A stretch of 64,000 nt of DNA from Lingula anatina (lineage: Eukaryota > Animalia > Brachiopoda): NCBI GenBank assembly GCA_051362555.1, contig CM120647.1, forward strand, positions 10,168,001 through 10,232,000, read 5' to 3'. A program made the position numbers and the translations under genes. The number at the start of each line of letters is the position of its first letter. The first letter of the stretch is position 1. Positions 52,845 to 64,000 of this stretch are shown here, piece by piece. The notes beneath the pieces are model-generated. The model was not told where the DNA came from. It saw nothing but the letters and a program-made list of their open reading frames with translations, and did no database searches.

Positions 52845-53212
52845 ATTTTCTTGCCCCACATATCTTCAAAACTAGCAGAGATGTGCCTGGTTTTCTCTCT
52901 TGTCAGCACATATGCAACACTGACAACACATTTCAAGGAAAACCAATAGGCCTATTGTCTAGAGAATTGCAGGAGTGATCAATGTTAGGAAAATGCAGGT
53001 CAATTGGAAAATCTGCTTGATTGTACCAATTTTTTTTTTTTTTTTTTTTTGCATATTTTGAGAACTCTTGTTGATTGCATTTTATAGAGCTTGTCAAGCA
53101 CAAGACTGGTGGTGGTGTCCCTTTTTTGTAGGGGAGGGGGTCTATACGAATGCGCTTACTCCAACTGGTGGTACAATATCCGGAGGCGGTATCGCCTCTC
53201 TGATCCTCTAGT
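52845..53212 (+). mobile_element. Family B 3' fragment containing a family A-type 161-bp unit
   Basis: Ends GGAGGCGGTATCGCCTCTCTGATCCTCTAGT (hairpin plus CTAGT). Confidence 0.8.
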
Positions 53213-53728
53213 TATTGTGATAGATTTAATCCCCGTAGGCTGGTGTTGACTTATAATAGGGAGGTTTATTGAGAAAAATGACTTTAATTAGTTCTAATTA
53301 AACAGCCCAAAATAAGCATGGGTTTCAGCTTTTCAGGTTTCAGAGACTGACGTGACTCGCAAAAGACACCCTTATTTTATGTGTATGATTCTATGTACTT
53401 TTTTGCCTTTTCCTCCTTTAAGTGGTAATAAATAAATAAATAAATAACATGGTTGTGGCTGGTGGTAAAATCGGAGACAGCAGTTTGAACATTAAACATA
53501 TAACTTTTGCAGTTTACAGATAAAGATAGATTTCTTTATTTTAAATAGGGTATATTGATGAAAGAAAATGAAGTCCTCCACTGAAAGAATCTTACCCTGG
53601 AGCAGAAAGTTACCCAGTTATCAGATAGGCTGAGAGGCAAGGCGAGCCTCAAGGACCACGGCACTCACCAGTATTGGTTGTGTGGTGTAAGATCTTCATG
53701 TCCTCACAACACAACACAGATTAGATCA

Positions 53729-54165
53729 CAGGGCCGTAGCCTCCCGGGGGCAGCTGCCCCCCCTGGGATTTGAGGTGCAAAAAAAAAATAATCGCAAAGG
53801 TTAAAAAAAAAATAATAATTGCAAAGTTGGTATCAATTATGTAAGAAAATGCACTCATGGCCACTAGACAATCATTCAACAATTTGTTTAGAAAGGTGTA
53901 CTGTTTTAAGCGAACTCAGTTCATGCCAAAAAGTCCAATATTGTTGTGTTGAAAAAATGACTGTACTTATGGCAAAATGAACCCACAATATCTGACTTCT
54001 GATTGAGCAATAAATAACAGTTAAAATGCACCAGAATGCAGTATTATACAGTTTTTAAAAATTTTCCACAACGTTGGAGGGGGATGACCCCTCCCCCCTC
54101 GGGGCCTTCGCCCCCTTGTGTCCGATTACCGCCCCCCCTGGCATTTTGCTCAGGTTACGGCCCTC
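53729..54165. mobile_element. hAT-like MITE with a 5-bp TSD
   Basis: CAGGGCCGTAGCC...GGTTACGGCCCTC with GATCA on both sides, and C/G-run subterminal motifs. Confidence 0.8.
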
Positions 54166-55025
54166 GATCAGTGACAATTTCGGATCCTTTCTCTTGATAT
54201 AAAAAGGATATTAACTTTTGAGTGTATTTATTCAAATATTCTGGTATCTGACCTTGACAGTAGTCACAACAATGTAAGGTAACACATCGCGAGTGACAAG
54301 AAACTGAGGATCCCTGTATTAGAGTCCGCCTAGCCTTCCATCCAATTCATACAGTGTCAAATGTGGCATTTTGTATTACAATATTCAGGCACCTTCTGTA
54401 CAACAAAGGATGCGATACACTGTAATTAATGAACGTTGGTTGTCACTTGTAAGTCACTTTTTTTTTAAAGTAATTTTTATGCAACAAGAAACATTAGTAA
54501 TTTAAAGTTGTTTTCTGCATGTGGCACGTGGAAGTTCTGGTGTTCATGCGGTGAAAGTTGAACAGTAAAGAATTTTTTCTCTCTCTCTCTCTTACATGTA
54601 CTCTCTCAAACATGCAGTATATACAATAACTGGACCACCCAGCTTGTGTAGGGCCTTGATGACCATACGGTCAATCATCACAGCTTCGATTTTAACATCA
54701 ATTCATACTCTCCTCATATTTAAACATTATGTTAATATCAGAATATCCACGTCAAAAATTAGACCCATTTTTTCATACATATCTCTGAAAAGGAGTAGGT
54801 GAAATTGGTTTCACTGGAAACTGAAAACAAACACAGAGTGGAACTATTTATATAAAGCATTTTATAGCAAAACAAAACAGCATTTTACATCCATTTTCAA
54901 AATATAACAACATCAGAGACATGGCTGACTTTATAGTTTTAGATTATACATTATCTTACTAGATTCAACATCAAAATCTAAAAAAAAAAAAAATGGACCA
55001 TAATATAATCTCTGTATGCAAATAA

Positions 55026-55251
55026 CACCCCATTTCCATAGATTTTTAGATCGATCTATCCCTGTGGGGAGTCTCACTAGATTACTGTCAGCTTGGCCGG
55101 TTTAAGCGTCTGTCCCGCCTACTAAAAACTGTAAGAGGGTAAGTAACTATGGTCCCCGCTCGGCTGACTGCAATTTAGCGTGAACCCCCAGGGAGTTAGG
55201 TCGATCTATATCTTAATCTTTAGATCGATCTAAATCTCTGGGAAAGCACCC
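55026..55251. mobile_element. Tourist-like MITE, family D (copies at 58828-59024 and inverted partial at ~40646-40740)
   Basis: Imperfect TIRs around TAGATCGATCTA, with TAA flanks. The 58828 copy splits the satellite motif ACAGTAAGATTG with TAA duplicated. Confidence 0.8.
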
Positions 55252-55784
55252 TAAGTGTTTAATTTCTCTTGGAAATATGTCACAATCCACCACTCCACTT
55301 TACCATAAACACATTTTCATTAATTACTATCAATCAATCAATAAAAACATATCCCATAAATCAATGTGGAAAAATAGATATTATAGAAAAAAGGTTGTAT
55401 AATGTTTATAAGTAGATCCCACTGCCTGCTTTACTATGACACATTTTATGCAAATGGCTGATCCTGAAGACAAAACCTATCATATTTCAGCAATCAATAT
55501 GTTTCCCTTTTCAATCTCTGCATCCAACTGTTCTTCTTTCCTTCTTTACTCAGAAGTCAAATCAATATTATATAATATGATATATAAATTGTTTGAATTT
55601 TGTGAATAAATAACCTATGGCATTTAAAATACCCAATAGAGGCCATTAATTCATTCTAATGTGTATCAAGACAATGTAGCCCCATATTATGCAAAGCTTA
55701 TACCCAAAAGGGGGCATTAATTCAATTATGACACAAGATGATCCTGTCCCAAGTTTTCAGAAACTCTTCCCAGAATGCTGTGCA

Positions 55785-55907
55785 TTAGTTTAGATGTGCT
55801 GCATGAAGGGCCTGTCCCAAGTACGTAATAAATTTATGGACATCTTGAAATGAGTTGTAAAGATGAACAGGAGCAATACGTATGACGTTGGGCTTGCGTT
55901 CATCACA
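55785..55907 (-). CDS. KYNU: Kynureninase, terminal coding exon
   Basis: tttcag|CDERKPNVIRIAPVHLYNSFQDVHKFITYLGQALHAAHLN*. Matches the conserved kynureninase C-terminus (CD.R.P..IR.AP..LYNSF.DV..F) and joins in phase 0 to the 63018 exon. Too short for the ORF track. Confidence 0.93.
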   Translation of the reverse strand, partial: CDERKPNVIRIAPVHLYNSFQDVHKFITYLGQALHAAHLN

Positions 55908-58476
55908 CTGAAATTATAGCGATAAAAAGTTTTAAAATCAGAAATCCACTGTGGCTGGGTGCCCTATTATTTTCAGATGTTTAAGGTAATGTCCTGATGA
56001 TATTTCTGTCTAATAGAATTTCTCAAGTTTTTTTTTACATATACAGGTACCATTATAATGTTTATATTAAGATTTTAAAAATGATAGGTACCCATGTGGT
56101 GAATTTGACTTCAATAACTACAGAACCCAATGACAAATTTCATGCCATATTTTTTTGCAATTTTCTTCACAGATTTGAGTGCTTTCGTAGTTCATCTAGC
56201 CTACACAGACTTCAGAACATATTTTTAAATTGTACCCACTTACTATACTAGTACTTAAGTATACATATACATAGCATTAAAAAATGACTTCTTTCATATA
56301 ATCTGTATTATGAAAGATTAAGAGACAGGGAAGTATTTGGCAAAAATGAGGCATTTGCATATAATTTGTCCCTGCAGGCACGTTTTGGCAAAGGGTCATA
56401 CTCAAAAGCATAGCACCAGTTGTTGTTGGTTGGAAAAGCAGAATATCTTGGATCCTTCGTAAATAACCTTGATATATCTTCTCAAAATGTTTGAAAATTT
56501 GTTGAACAGCAAAAGAAGATGTTTGTAAGTCAAAAAAAGCCCAAGTAATTATTATCTGTTTATCTTTTGTTAAAATTTATTGAGAATGTTCATTATTGAA
56601 AAGCATTTGTGAAGCAATTTTAAGCACCCTTTTTACTTCAACTTCTATGTATTGTCAGACACCGCTACTTTTGATGCAATGCAAATTGAAAGACAAGCAA
56701 TGTTGAGTATTAAGACATTACCTTAAATAAGAGCATTAGGACATTACCTTAAATAACTGAAATTAAAAATTGGCAAGAATGAACTAATTAATCCAAATCT
56801 TTTTTGAATACTTACTCCTTAAAAAATTAATGGACAACAAGTCACTTTTAAAGATTAATCACTTTCAGACACTGATAACATTTAATGCATTTTCTGATGC
56901 AAAGTAAACTTCAAAATTTTTGAACCAACATTTAAATCGTAAGTAGCACTAAATAAACATTTCAAAGGTGGACAATTAATAATTCACGCTGTCAAAATTT
57001 ATTGAGTTATTTCACTAGTGCTCCTGAAACGGGGGAGGGGAGGGGGGGCAAGTGAAATCTACACAGATTGTAATGATCAGGCGTCTAACTATTTGTTGTA
57101 TATGTGGTGCACATAACTGCACTAATAGCAAAGTCTACTGATCATGTATGGTATTTTAACTTAAAGTAAAAATATCATAATTATTATAATTGCTTAACCA
57201 CTTAACATAAAATCAGTCCAATAATCATAATAATTTATTTATTTGAAGTCTCAATCCGAAATCTGTTTAGTAGACTTAACAACTACAGTTATGTGCAGTA
57301 CATAGATATAACAGTTTTGATGCCTGGTTATTACAATCTATGTTGGCGATCTTGCCTCTCTGGGGAGGATAAAATAGTCTTACTCATCGGAGTTGGATAA
57401 TTTTTGATCATAACAGCAGAGTCAGTCCATGTTAAAACCATTCTTATAATGATTACTTTAAGAGACTGTGTAAGATCATTTGTTATCTGAAGTTGCAAGA
57501 GCTCTAGTGTTACCCTACTTACCACAATATAACTACCCCTAGCAAAATGAAAAGTTTGCAAGAATATTGCAGCAATTGGTATAGAAGAAAACTTTTTTAG
57601 TCACTAATTTGCCGCCATATTGCAGGAAATTTGCAAGAAGGAACTAGAGGATCAGAGAGGCGATACCGCCTCCTGGTATTGTACCACCAGCTGGAGTAAG
57701 CGCATTCGTATGGGAAGGAAAAAGAAGGGGGAGGGGTTGACAAGCTGTATAAAATGCAGTAAACAAGGGTTATCATTTTACATAGATAATTATTTTTTTT
57801 CAAATCAGGTGGGCAAAAGCAAAAGGTCAAATACAAGGATGTAGTATCATTGTGAATGTAGGATTTCCTCACTAACTGTGATGGAAACAATATTTGAAAT
57901 TTTGTTTATATTTGGGTTAAACCGTGCTGCCTTTTATTCTGTAGTTGATATTGGCCTACATGGGCAACATCGTATATTCTTTATTTTTGTGCTTGTTTGT
58001 ATCATATATATTAATGAAAATTTAAAAATGGGTTGATGCAGCTGTTTTGACATTTAAAATAATTAGAATATCAAAACTGGGAGAGAAATTATAATTTAGG
58101 AAATTGAATCCACCCAAAAAGTGAAAAACCTTGTTTGGGTAGTGCTGAAAAAAAAAAAAGATAAACAACAAAATATAGTTGAATCTGCGTGATGCGCCAA
58201 AACCCTTGGCAACGAATGCCTTGACGACCAGGAAGAAAGGCATCGAAAGCCCTATTGACAAGCACAGTTTTTAGTTTTACTACAATAACAGCTGTTTTAG
58301 TGGTGAAATGCAGTATAATATATTTCCGTGTGTTGTTTAGAATGTATTTCTTGCGGAATTTTGAATCTCAAAGGAAGAGTTATTATTGCTTTAAATGTAC
58401 ACATGTACAGCTGACCAAATGGGTACTAATGTCAAACTAATCATGCATTAAAGCAAGTATATCTATATATAACTGC

Positions 58477-58479
<3 letters not shown>

Positions 58480-58523
<44 letters not shown>
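58480..58523. repeat. (TA)n microsatellite
   Basis: Direct reading. Confidence 0.95.
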
Positions 58524-58526
<3 letters not shown>

Positions 58527-58559
58527 GGCAATCAGTTGGCTTTTGTGGAAAAAAAAACT

Positions 58560-59240
58560 GCCTATTCATGCATCTGTAGGGTGGGAAAATTTGCAAACTA
58601 TAGTTCATGGTGAAAAAAAGGTCAAAGGTCAATTTCAAAGTAAAAGTTTCCCAGTATATAACTTCCTATTCAAGATCAATAGCAACTATTGCCAGTTTTG
58701 GAGATATAAGGGAGGGATTTTTTTTTAGTGCAGTTCATTATGAAAAGTAGGTCACAGATCAATTTGAAGGTCAGAGTTAGACTGCCAGTGAAAAGAAGGT
58801 CAAAGGCTAATTTCCAAGTTACAGTAAGACCCCATTTCCACAGATTATAGATCGATCTATCCCCATGGGGAGTCTCACTAGATTACTGTCAGCATAGCTG
58901 GCTTAAATGCCTGTCCTGCCTACTAAAAGCTGTAAGGGAATAATTAAATTCCGTGTGCGGTCGGCTAACTGCAGGGAGTTAGGTCGATCAAGTAAGATCG
59001 ATCTTAATCTCTGGGAATGCGCTCTAAGATTGTCAGTATATCACTTCCTATTCAAGTTCAATGGTAACTATGGGTGTATCTCTGCTAGTTTTGATGATAT
59101 AATTAAGGACCGGCAAACTTGCAAAGTGAAGTTCATCATGAAAAGTAGGTCAAAGGTCAATATCAAGGTCACAGTTAGATTGCTAGTTAATGACTTTCTA
59201 TTCAAATTCTATGGGCGTATCTCTGCTAATTTTGGGAGTG
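58560..59240 (-). repeat. Degenerate family B 146-bp array (B terminus at 57643-57770) in the KYNU intron
   Basis: Family B unit motifs; ACTAGAGGATCAGAGAGGCGATACCGCCTCC at 57643. Confidence 0.75.
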
Positions 59241-59322
59241 TTTTTTCATTTTATGTTAACTACTGAATATTGCATTGTTGTACTATTTAATAAAGTGCAA
59301 CTCCTAAACCGTATGGAAAATA

Positions 59323-61404
59323 AGACAAGGCAGCAAAGCTGTCAAATGTACAGACAAAAAGCAGGAAATAACAAAATAGGCTACTGTCAATTCCGATGTA
59401 AAAGTACATTATGTTAAACTGCAAATTCAACATCAAATTTTAATTATGCTCAACAGGTAATAACAATGTAAGTAAAATGTGTAACAAGCATAAGGCTTCA
59501 GGCCCATGGGAGTTCAAGTTCACACTTTGAAAATGTAAAAATTCCAGAAAAAGAAGTCAATTAGACTGCTTTTCCAACTCGAGCTGCATTTTAGTCCTGT
59601 GTTTCTTTTTTAAAAGTTTGACAATCATAAGTAATATGGTTTTCCCCATGATGGTCATCATGGCAGCAATACCCAAAATTGTGTTTTCTTCTATTTTGAT
59701 GCAATATTTCATAATGCTTAACAGCATAAAGACCATCAGTTTTTAATAATAAAATATACGTATCATGGATTTTCAGAAAATGTGACTAGCATGGGTCTTT
59801 AAGCCCAAGGTGGTTCTAAGTCACACATTGAAATTGCCAATATGTGAAAAATTAAATTTTCACAAAAAACTGATTAACTGCCAGAAAAATTTACCAAATA
59901 GACTGCACTGCCTAATGAAACTGTATTTTAGTCCCATGTTTCTTTCCTGTAAGTTTGAGAACAGTAAGTGACATGGTTTTCCTTAAATGGTCATCAAGGG
60001 AGCAGTGTCCAAAATAGGGTTTTTTTTCAAATTTTGATGCAATATTACATAATGTTTAACAGGATAATAACCATCAATTCTTAATAATAAAATATTAGTA
60101 TCATGGATATTCAGAAAATCTGACTAGCAAAGGTCTTCAGGCCCATGGAACTTCAAAGTCACACCTTGAAAATGCCAAAATGTAGACAAGACAGTACTGT
60201 CCTGAAATGCATTTTTTTCCATTTTTAACAATTTTTTAACATATAACAAAATTAACACTTAACTGCCATTTTTATATGATCAACTAAGAAAATTGATGAG
60301 ATGGGGAAAATATCAATAGAACAGTGTTTAATGTCCAATTTCCTCCATTCTGAGATTCTGAACATAGTGAATGAATGAATGAATCTCACAAACTGCAATG
60401 ATAAGAGTTTATTTCCATTTTTGAAACTCTATTATACAATACATGATAACAAGCTTACCATCATTTTTACATAATCAACTAACAATGTTGTAAAGATGCA
60501 GGAAATGTTAAACAAAGACTTTTACGTATCTTATTAGTTAAATAATGAGACTGTTAACATGCCTAAGAATTGAATCTGAGGAAATGTGAAACAAGACAGT
60601 GCTGTTATGAAATGCGTTTATTTCCATTTTTAACACTTTTTTAACATAAAACAAAATTAACAGTTTACTGCCATTTTTATATGATCAACTAAGAAAGTTG
60701 ATGAGATGTGAAAAATATCAATAGAACAGTGTCAAATGTCCAATTTCCTCCTTTCTGAGTTTCTGAACATAATGAATGATTGAATCTTACAAACTGCAAT
60801 GATATGAGTTTATTTCCATTTTTGACACTTTATTATACAATACACGATAACAAGTTTACCATCATTTTTACATAATCAACTAACAATGTTGTAAAGATGC
60901 AGGAAATGTCAAACAAACACTTTTATGTATCTTATTAATTAAATAATGAGACTGTTAACATGCCTAAGAATTGAATCTGAAGAAATGTGAAAAAACAGCA
61001 TAACTACTAAAATGGTGGCCCGATCATGCCGATTTTCGAACTTGACCTGCATTTTAGTAAGATTGATTACTCCTGTGAGTTTCATGACAACAGGCCTATC
61101 GGTTTTCTTTGAAATGTGTTCACAGTGTTGCATATATGCTGAAAAGTGAAAAAACAGCATAAATTCTACAATAATGGCCCGATCATGCTGATTTTCGAAC
61201 TTGACCTGCGTTTTATGAATATTCATCAGCTCTGTAAATATAAAGCCAAAAAGTAAAACTGTCTTCCACTTATGGTGTTAACGCTGAAAGTGCACGGCGA
61301 CGGCGACGGCGACATCGACGGCGACATGAACGGCGACGGCGACGGCGACGACAGACGCAGGTGATGGCAATATGTACAGACACATCTGTGTCTGTACATA
61401 AAAA
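59323..61404 (-). mobile_element. Helentron-type family A copy in the KYNU last intron
   Basis: Both termini, ~337-, ~406- and 161-bp modules, and a (CGGCGA)n microsatellite at 61296-61350. Confidence 0.82.
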
Positions 61405-62120
61405 TGGACACCACCTCCAGTATTGTGCTTGACAAGCTGTACTAAATGCAAAAAACAAGACGTCTCTAGTGTAAACAGTTCCACAATTACAGAGTTTTTA
61501 GTTTCAGCATCAAATGACTGCTTCTCCGGTGAAAATGCACCGATTGACCCCAAACCCATGAAGATGAAGGGAGTCCCTAAATAGTAGTCCCCACTGTAAT
61601 ATGAAAGCTTAGGTCTGTGTAGTTTCTGAAAATTGGCACAAACAATTCTTTTTTTGCAGAAAATTCCCATTTTTAGAAAATTTTGGCCTGTTTGACCTTG
61701 AAATAAAGGTCAAATGTCAAATCCAAGGGCATATTTGGAAACTCCATATATGACTTTTGGTCAGACCTCTATAGTAACTTTTTCCATAATTCCTTCAGTT
61801 TGGGAGATATTTAGCATCAAATTTTCAAAAATTTTGACAAGGGTGCATTTCAGTGAGCGTCACACCCAGACCAATGCACTAACTGAGACAAAAATACCAG
61901 GGGGTTCAAGTTGAGATTATATGTGACCTAAATCCAAGAGATGGGGACACAGGTCCCTGCGGTCTAGGAGGAGAAGCGGTAACGGTGACTTGTTTCCGGC
62001 GCCCGACTGCGGAGCCGCAGGAGCCGGCGGAGCTGCAGGAGCCGGCGGAGCCGGCGGAGCTGTACGAGACGGGCCGGGACTAAAACCATGAGTACCGCCA
62101 GCGTATACGCTGGTGGTACT
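61405..62120 (-). mobile_element. Family B 5' half with a 9-bp GGAGCCGGC minisatellite
   Basis: Terminal hairpin AGTACCGCCAGCG-TATA-CGCTGGTGGTACT at 62091-62120. Confidence 0.78.
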
Positions 62121-62124
62121 AATA

Positions 62125-62867
62125 AGGGGTACTGGAAGAGATCAGCATTGGTCAGAATTGTGCAGGAAGTGATGTGTAGTGGTGTAAGACGTAAAGCTGA
62201 GTGGTCATTTTTAGCTGGAGGTGAATGGGAATGAAGACGTGGGCTTGGAGAAAAAAATGCAGTTATTCTAACAACACCGTAAGATAAAATTTTATCTTTA
62301 TGCATTTGGGGCAGAGAATACTTGTAGAAACAATAGGCACATGATATGAAAAGGTGTCACGGAACTTGAAGGTGCAAAATCGTACTAAATTTGCAGTCAA
62401 TTTGTTTTGAAATACATGCTGCATCGACCGCCAGCGCAACAATAAGCGTAAAGGGAAAAGAATTCCCGGGAGGCTATAAATTGTTGTCATGTGGAATTTT
62501 GGCACTTATGTAATCTGATATGTCCATATCTAAATATTTTTTGGTGTTTTATGATATGGCCTGCAATTATAACGATGTTTTATGATCTTTGGAGGACCTT
62601 GTGAAAACCAGGAAGTAGTGCGCAACTAAGTTCCGTGTACCGTTTTGATATCATCTGCCTATTATTTCTACAAGTATTCTCTTCCCAAAATGCATAAAGA
62701 AGAAATGTTATCTTACCATGTTGTTTGAAAAACTGCTTTTTTCTCCTAGTCCACGTCTTCTCTCCCGTTCACCTCCAGTTAAAAATGACCACTCAGCTTC
62801 GCGTCTTACACCACTTGACGTCACACCTCCGCAATTCTGATCAATAGTGATCTCCTCCGGTACCCCT
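62125..62867. mobile_element. Long-TIR (about 245 bp) non-autonomous DNA element
   Basis: 62125-~62368 is the imperfect reverse complement of ~62627-62867 (AGGGGTAC.GGA...TCCGGTACCCCT). The TSD is ambiguous. Confidence 0.85.
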
Positions 62868-63017
62868 ATTGCATGGATAGAACTGTATAATTAGGTAATT
62901 GCAGTTTGCAGCATACTTGCTGCAAATTTGAAGCACGCCTGACATTTTGCTTAAGGTAACATTAATTTTGATATTAATTCACGCTGCTCAAAGTAATAGA
63001 GTTATTACTGCACTTAC

Positions 63018-63260
63018 CACCACTCCTCGTTTGGTCAGTTCCTTGAACATGGCCTCTATGGAGCAAGAGAAAGCTAAAGAGAGCTGACAACCTCGCTGCT
63101 CAGGGTCTGCTGGTGTCAGTATCTCCACATAGGGCTTTTGACCAGAATTCTGGCAGCCATCTTTAGGCTTGGGGTAGAGGTGCTGGAGTAGCAGTTCCAG
63201 ATATCCCGTCAGCAGCTTGGACTTGGCACGAAGTTCCTCCATGTTGGTTTTGTCAAAGAT
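63018..63260 (-). CDS. KYNU: Kynureninase, penultimate coding exon (upstream exons lie beyond the window)
   Basis: ttctcag|IFDKTNMEELRAKSKLLTGYLELLLQHLYPKPKDGCQNSGQKPYVEILTPADPEQRGCQLSLAFSCSIEAMFKELTKRGVV|gtaagt. 243 nt, open, with the LR.KS.LLTGYLE and RGCQLS motifs. Confidence 0.95.
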
Positions 63261-64000
63261 CTGAGAAGGAAGAAGAGAAACTTGGGTGGAAATCTGAAAG
63301 TCTTGAGTTAGATTAGTGAACAAATATTTTTATATATTATAAATTGAGCACAGATATTAAGAGCTATTTTGGCATTAACTTAAAAAATATATCCCTCACA
63401 TAGTTAAATATTATTATAATTGTGATATCTTTTTCATTAATATGTAGTTATCAGGTTAGAGTTTTTCTTTCAATATTGCGAGTTCATTCCTAATCATACA
63501 GTTACATAGTTATATTCATGTGCACATTTTTAACCAGTACATACTGGTGCACATGATACCATAAATTCTTCACGTTTCTACATGCCAGCATCCATCTTCA
63601 CAGTTCTCAATGTGACAGAGCTACAGGATTGATGAACATGGCTGTTGGTATGTCAAAATATTTCATGTGAGTGATAAGTTTTTTTTTTCTAAAGTAAGAA
63701 TGCATTCAGACTAGTGGACTAAAAAATCTGCAGATCAAATATGGCTTCCCATTCAAAAGCCGCTTAATTCCTGATTACACACTGAAGAGATTCCCTGCTG
63801 GGATTAACCAACAAGCATTCAAGTGGGTCAGTTATATCTGATCCCCGAATCTGTTAGTCCACTGATCTGAAAGTGCTCCAACTTTGTGATAATTTTAATT
63901 TATGCTGTCTATCAAACTGAAAAAAAATTCAATCAAATTGATTATATTACCAACAAGAATGTAATTTAAGATCTTGTTTGAAGATTTGCAAGACTGACCA

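Noticed and set aside
54596-54820. Minus-strand AG/GT-bounded segment downstream of KYNU
   Set aside because: The translations I read contain stops and no recognisable motif. It could be UTR but cannot be supported.

Overview
AT-rich, intron-containing animal genomic DNA. The repeat landscape resembles a marine invertebrate such as a mollusc, but this is inferred. There are no prokaryotic operons, CRISPR arrays or RNA genes, and most ORF-track entries are spurious translations of repeats. Coding sequence found by reading splice sites: (1) the last two coding exons of an apparently intact kynureninase (KYNU) gene on the minus strand (63018-63260, 55785-55907); (2) a nine-exon, multiply disabled R3-type receptor protein-tyrosine phosphatase pseudogene on the minus strand (24187-41048), with the catalytic Cys codon changed to TGA; (3) a spliced, decayed plus-strand gene resembling DUF6729-type putative transposases (about 44618-51056), preceded by a CCAAT/E2F promoter and interrupted by a Harbinger-like element that itself contains an LTR element. 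The rest is dominated by three families of non-autonomous Helentron-type elements (HINE/DINE-1/pearl-like). Two of these carry internal satellite arrays (146-, 161-, ~337- and ~406-bp units). Also present are many MITEs with 3-, 5- or 6-bp target-site duplications and a young ~3.9-kb tandem array of about 3.4 copies (3685-16468) built from retroelement debris.
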